From positions 53,227 through 117,226 of the forward strand of contig JBJLIB010000012.1 in assembly GCA_045564015.1 (NCBI GenBank): a DNA stretch of 64,000 nucleotides, in the 5' to 3' direction. This stretch comes from Gammaproteobacteria bacterium. GTDB taxonomy: Bacteria > Pseudomonadota > Gammaproteobacteria > Magnimaribacterales > D2472. This document shows, in pieces, positions 62,349 through 64,000 of the stretch. The notes below the pieces were generated by a model. It was not told the DNA's origin. It saw nothing but the letters and a program-made list of their open reading frames with translations, and did not search any database. Numbering within the stretch: position 1 is the first letter of the stretch; each line of letters begins with the position of its first letter. The position numbers were made by a program, and so were the translations under genes.

Positions 62349-63347
62349 CTATTTCATCCCTAAAGGCCATCGCGGTCTTGCATGCGATTGCAACTGATGT
62401 GTTGCCTCATCGGTCTTCAGGCTTCCTAGATACGCAATCATTGCAGCATTGTCTGTGCAATGCGCAATTGGTGGATATAGCACTTTAATATTAAATGATT
62501 TCTGAAGAGTAGAAATTTTTTCTCTGAGCAATTTGTTTGCTGCTACTCCTCCAGCCAAAATAATTCCTTCTCTACCTGTGTCCTTTAAAGCTTTAGATAT
62601 TTTTTTGACTAATACCTCTGTAGCTGCATATTGAAAAGATGCGCAGATATCCGCCTGATCTTGCTCAGTGATTTCATTTAGATTTTGAACAGCGTAAAGC
62701 ACTGAGGTCTTTAAACCACTAAAACTAAAATCATAATCATCGCTATGAAGCATTGGCTGAGGGAACTTGAATTTTTTAGGATCACCTCGTTGAGCCATCT
62801 TTTCTATCTCGGGACCGCCTGGATAACCTAGACCAATCAGCTTGGCCACTTTGTCAAAGGCTTCTCCAACAGCATCATCCCTAGACTGACCTAGAATCTC
62901 ATAATCATTTAAGCCCTTTACATCAATAATTAGTGAATGGCCTCCAGATACTAGAAGGGTTAAGAAAGGAAACTCTAGTTTTTCTCCACTAAGAAAAGGA
63001 GCCATTAAATGACCCTCAAGATGATTAATCGGAATTAATGGTTTATTAAGAGCAAGCGCTAGACCTTGAGCAAAATTTTCACCAATTAACAATGTTCCCA
63101 ATAATCCAGGACCTGCTGTATATGCTATTTGATCAATGTTACTGGAATCTATATCTCCCAGAGCTTTTTTGTATATATGAGTTATTTTTTGGCAATGATC
63201 CCTAGAAGCAAGTTCTGGTATAACACCACCATACTCTCCATGAAGCTCTATCTGAGAAAAAACTGCCTCACCAATTAACCCTTTATTAGAATCATAAAGG
63301 GCTATCGCAGTTTCATCGCATGATGTTTCAATACCTAAAGTAATCAT
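62349..63347 (-). CDS. tsaD: tRNA t6A synthesis protein TsaD
   Basis: LGIETSCDET, GGVIPELASRDH, NHLEGH, LVSGGH, DDAVGEAFDK, CTDNAAMIA; start ATG 63347. Confidence 0.97.
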   Translation of the reverse strand: MITLGIETSCDETAIALYDSNKGLIGEAVFSQIELHGEYGGVIPELASRDHCQKITHIYKKALGDIDSSNIDQIAYTAGPGLLGTLLIGENFAQGLALALNKPLIPINHLEGHLMAPFLSGEKLEFPFLTLLVSGGHSLIIDVKGLNDYEILGQSRDDAVGEAFDKVAKLIGLGYPGGPEIEKMAQRGDPKKFKFPQPMLHSDDYDFSFSGLKTSVLYAVQNLNEITEQDQADICASFQYAATEVLVKKISKALKDTGREGIILAGGVAANKLLREKISTLQKSFNIKVLYPPIAHCTDNAAMIAYLGSLKTDEATHQLQSHARPRWPLGMK

Positions 63348-63397
63348 AAAAAAGTTTTTGCATTCACTCCATAAAAAGAATAAACTACCCAGCAATT

Positions 63398-63616
63398 ATG
63401 CCTTCTATAATAATAAAAGATACAGAATACTTCGACGTTGGTCTAAGAAAATTTAAGCGTGCTTGTGAAAAAGCTGCGATCGTTCCAGAGATCCGCGCTA
63501 GAGAATTCTATGAAAAACCAACAGCCGTAAGAAAGAGAAAAATGGCAGCTGCAGTCAAGCGAGCTCATAAAACTAATAGAAAATTTAGTTTCTCAAGGCA
63601 AAGATCCTATCGCTAA
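63398..63616 (+). CDS. rpsU: 30S ribosomal protein S21
   Basis: [33 protein letters not shown]. Confidence 0.96.
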   Translation: MPSIIIKDTEYFDVGLRKFKRACEKAAIVPEIRAREFYEKPTAVRKRKMAAAVKRAHKTNRKFSFSRQRSYR

Positions 63617-63617
63617 T

Positions 63618-64000
63618 TTGTCTCTCTTAGACACCATTAATCAAGATTTAAAGGCGGCCATGCTAAGCAAGGACGTTGTCACGCGTGATACTTTACGAAT
63701 GTTAATTTCAGACATCAAAAAATTTGAGATCGATGAAAGAGTTGAGGCTGATGATGCCAAAATTTCTAATTTAATTAACAAGAATGTAAAACAACGAAGG
63801 GACTCAATAGAGCAGTTTAAAAATGGGGGTCGTGATGACCTTGTTGCTACCGAACAAAGCCAGCTTGATGTAATCCTAAAGTACTTACCAAAGCAATTAT
63901 CAGAAGAAGAGATCCAGTCGCTCATCCAAGAAGGGATTGCAGCAGTCTCTGCAGAAGGCATGCAAGATATGGGCAAACTAATGGGCCATCTCAAGCCAAA
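63618..64000 (+). CDS. yqeY: GatB/YqeY domain protein, runs off the window
   Basis: Not in the ORF track. TTG 63618 gives MSLLDTINQDLKAAMLSKD..RDTLRML...KQRRDSIEQFKNGGRDDL...YLPKQLSEEEI...DMGKLMG. Confidence 0.92.
   Translation, partial: MSLLDTINQDLKAAMLSKDVVTRDTLRMLISDIKKFEIDERVEADDAKISNLINKNVKQRRDSIEQFKNGGRDDLVATEQSQLDVILKYLPKQLSEEEIQSLIQEGIAAVSAEGMQDMGKLMGHLKP

Noticed and set aside
63641-63994. 117-aa minus-strand ORF in the track
   Set aside because: Antisense shadow of the plus-strand yqeY, which the track missed because it runs off the window.

Overview
AT-rich, very tightly packed chromosomal window of a streamlined marine gammaproteobacterium. SAR86-like is my inference from gene content, protein divergence and minimal intergenic space. 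It holds about 60 CDSs, mostly housekeeping (nusB, purA, hflKC, miaA, P-II, waaA, lpxL, ilvE, algC, slmA, mrcA, aroKB, gltB/gltD, hemE, rpoD, dnaG, gshB, fis, purHD, coq7, trpEGDC, rpe, amgK-murU, lptD-surA-pdxA-rsmA-apaH-cca, folBK, tsaD, rpsU, yqeY), plus one tRNA-Ile2(CAU) and a small accessory block (27.1-33.1 kb) downstream of that tRNA. I saw no CRISPR, rRNA, IS or intact integrase. Two candidate novel systems stand out. (1) gltB is flipped so that it is divergent from gltD. GltD carries an ~88-aa N-terminal extension resembling an integrase arm-type DNA-binding domain, and the short shared promoter region has phased ATGTCATAC direct repeats. This suggests an enzyme-regulator fusion that controls glutamate synthase expression. 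(2) A complete four-gene set resembling the mycobacterial 3-O-methylmannose polysaccharide (MMP) pathway (ManT, MeT3, MmpH, MeT1) is woven into housekeeping operons. Also noted: recurrent leaderless-type promoters, an apparent ~27-kb inversion splitting rpsU-yqeY from dnaG-rpoD, and losses of genes from conserved neighbourhoods (hfq/hflX, pilMNOPQ and others). All family assignments come from motif recognition and recall, not database searches.
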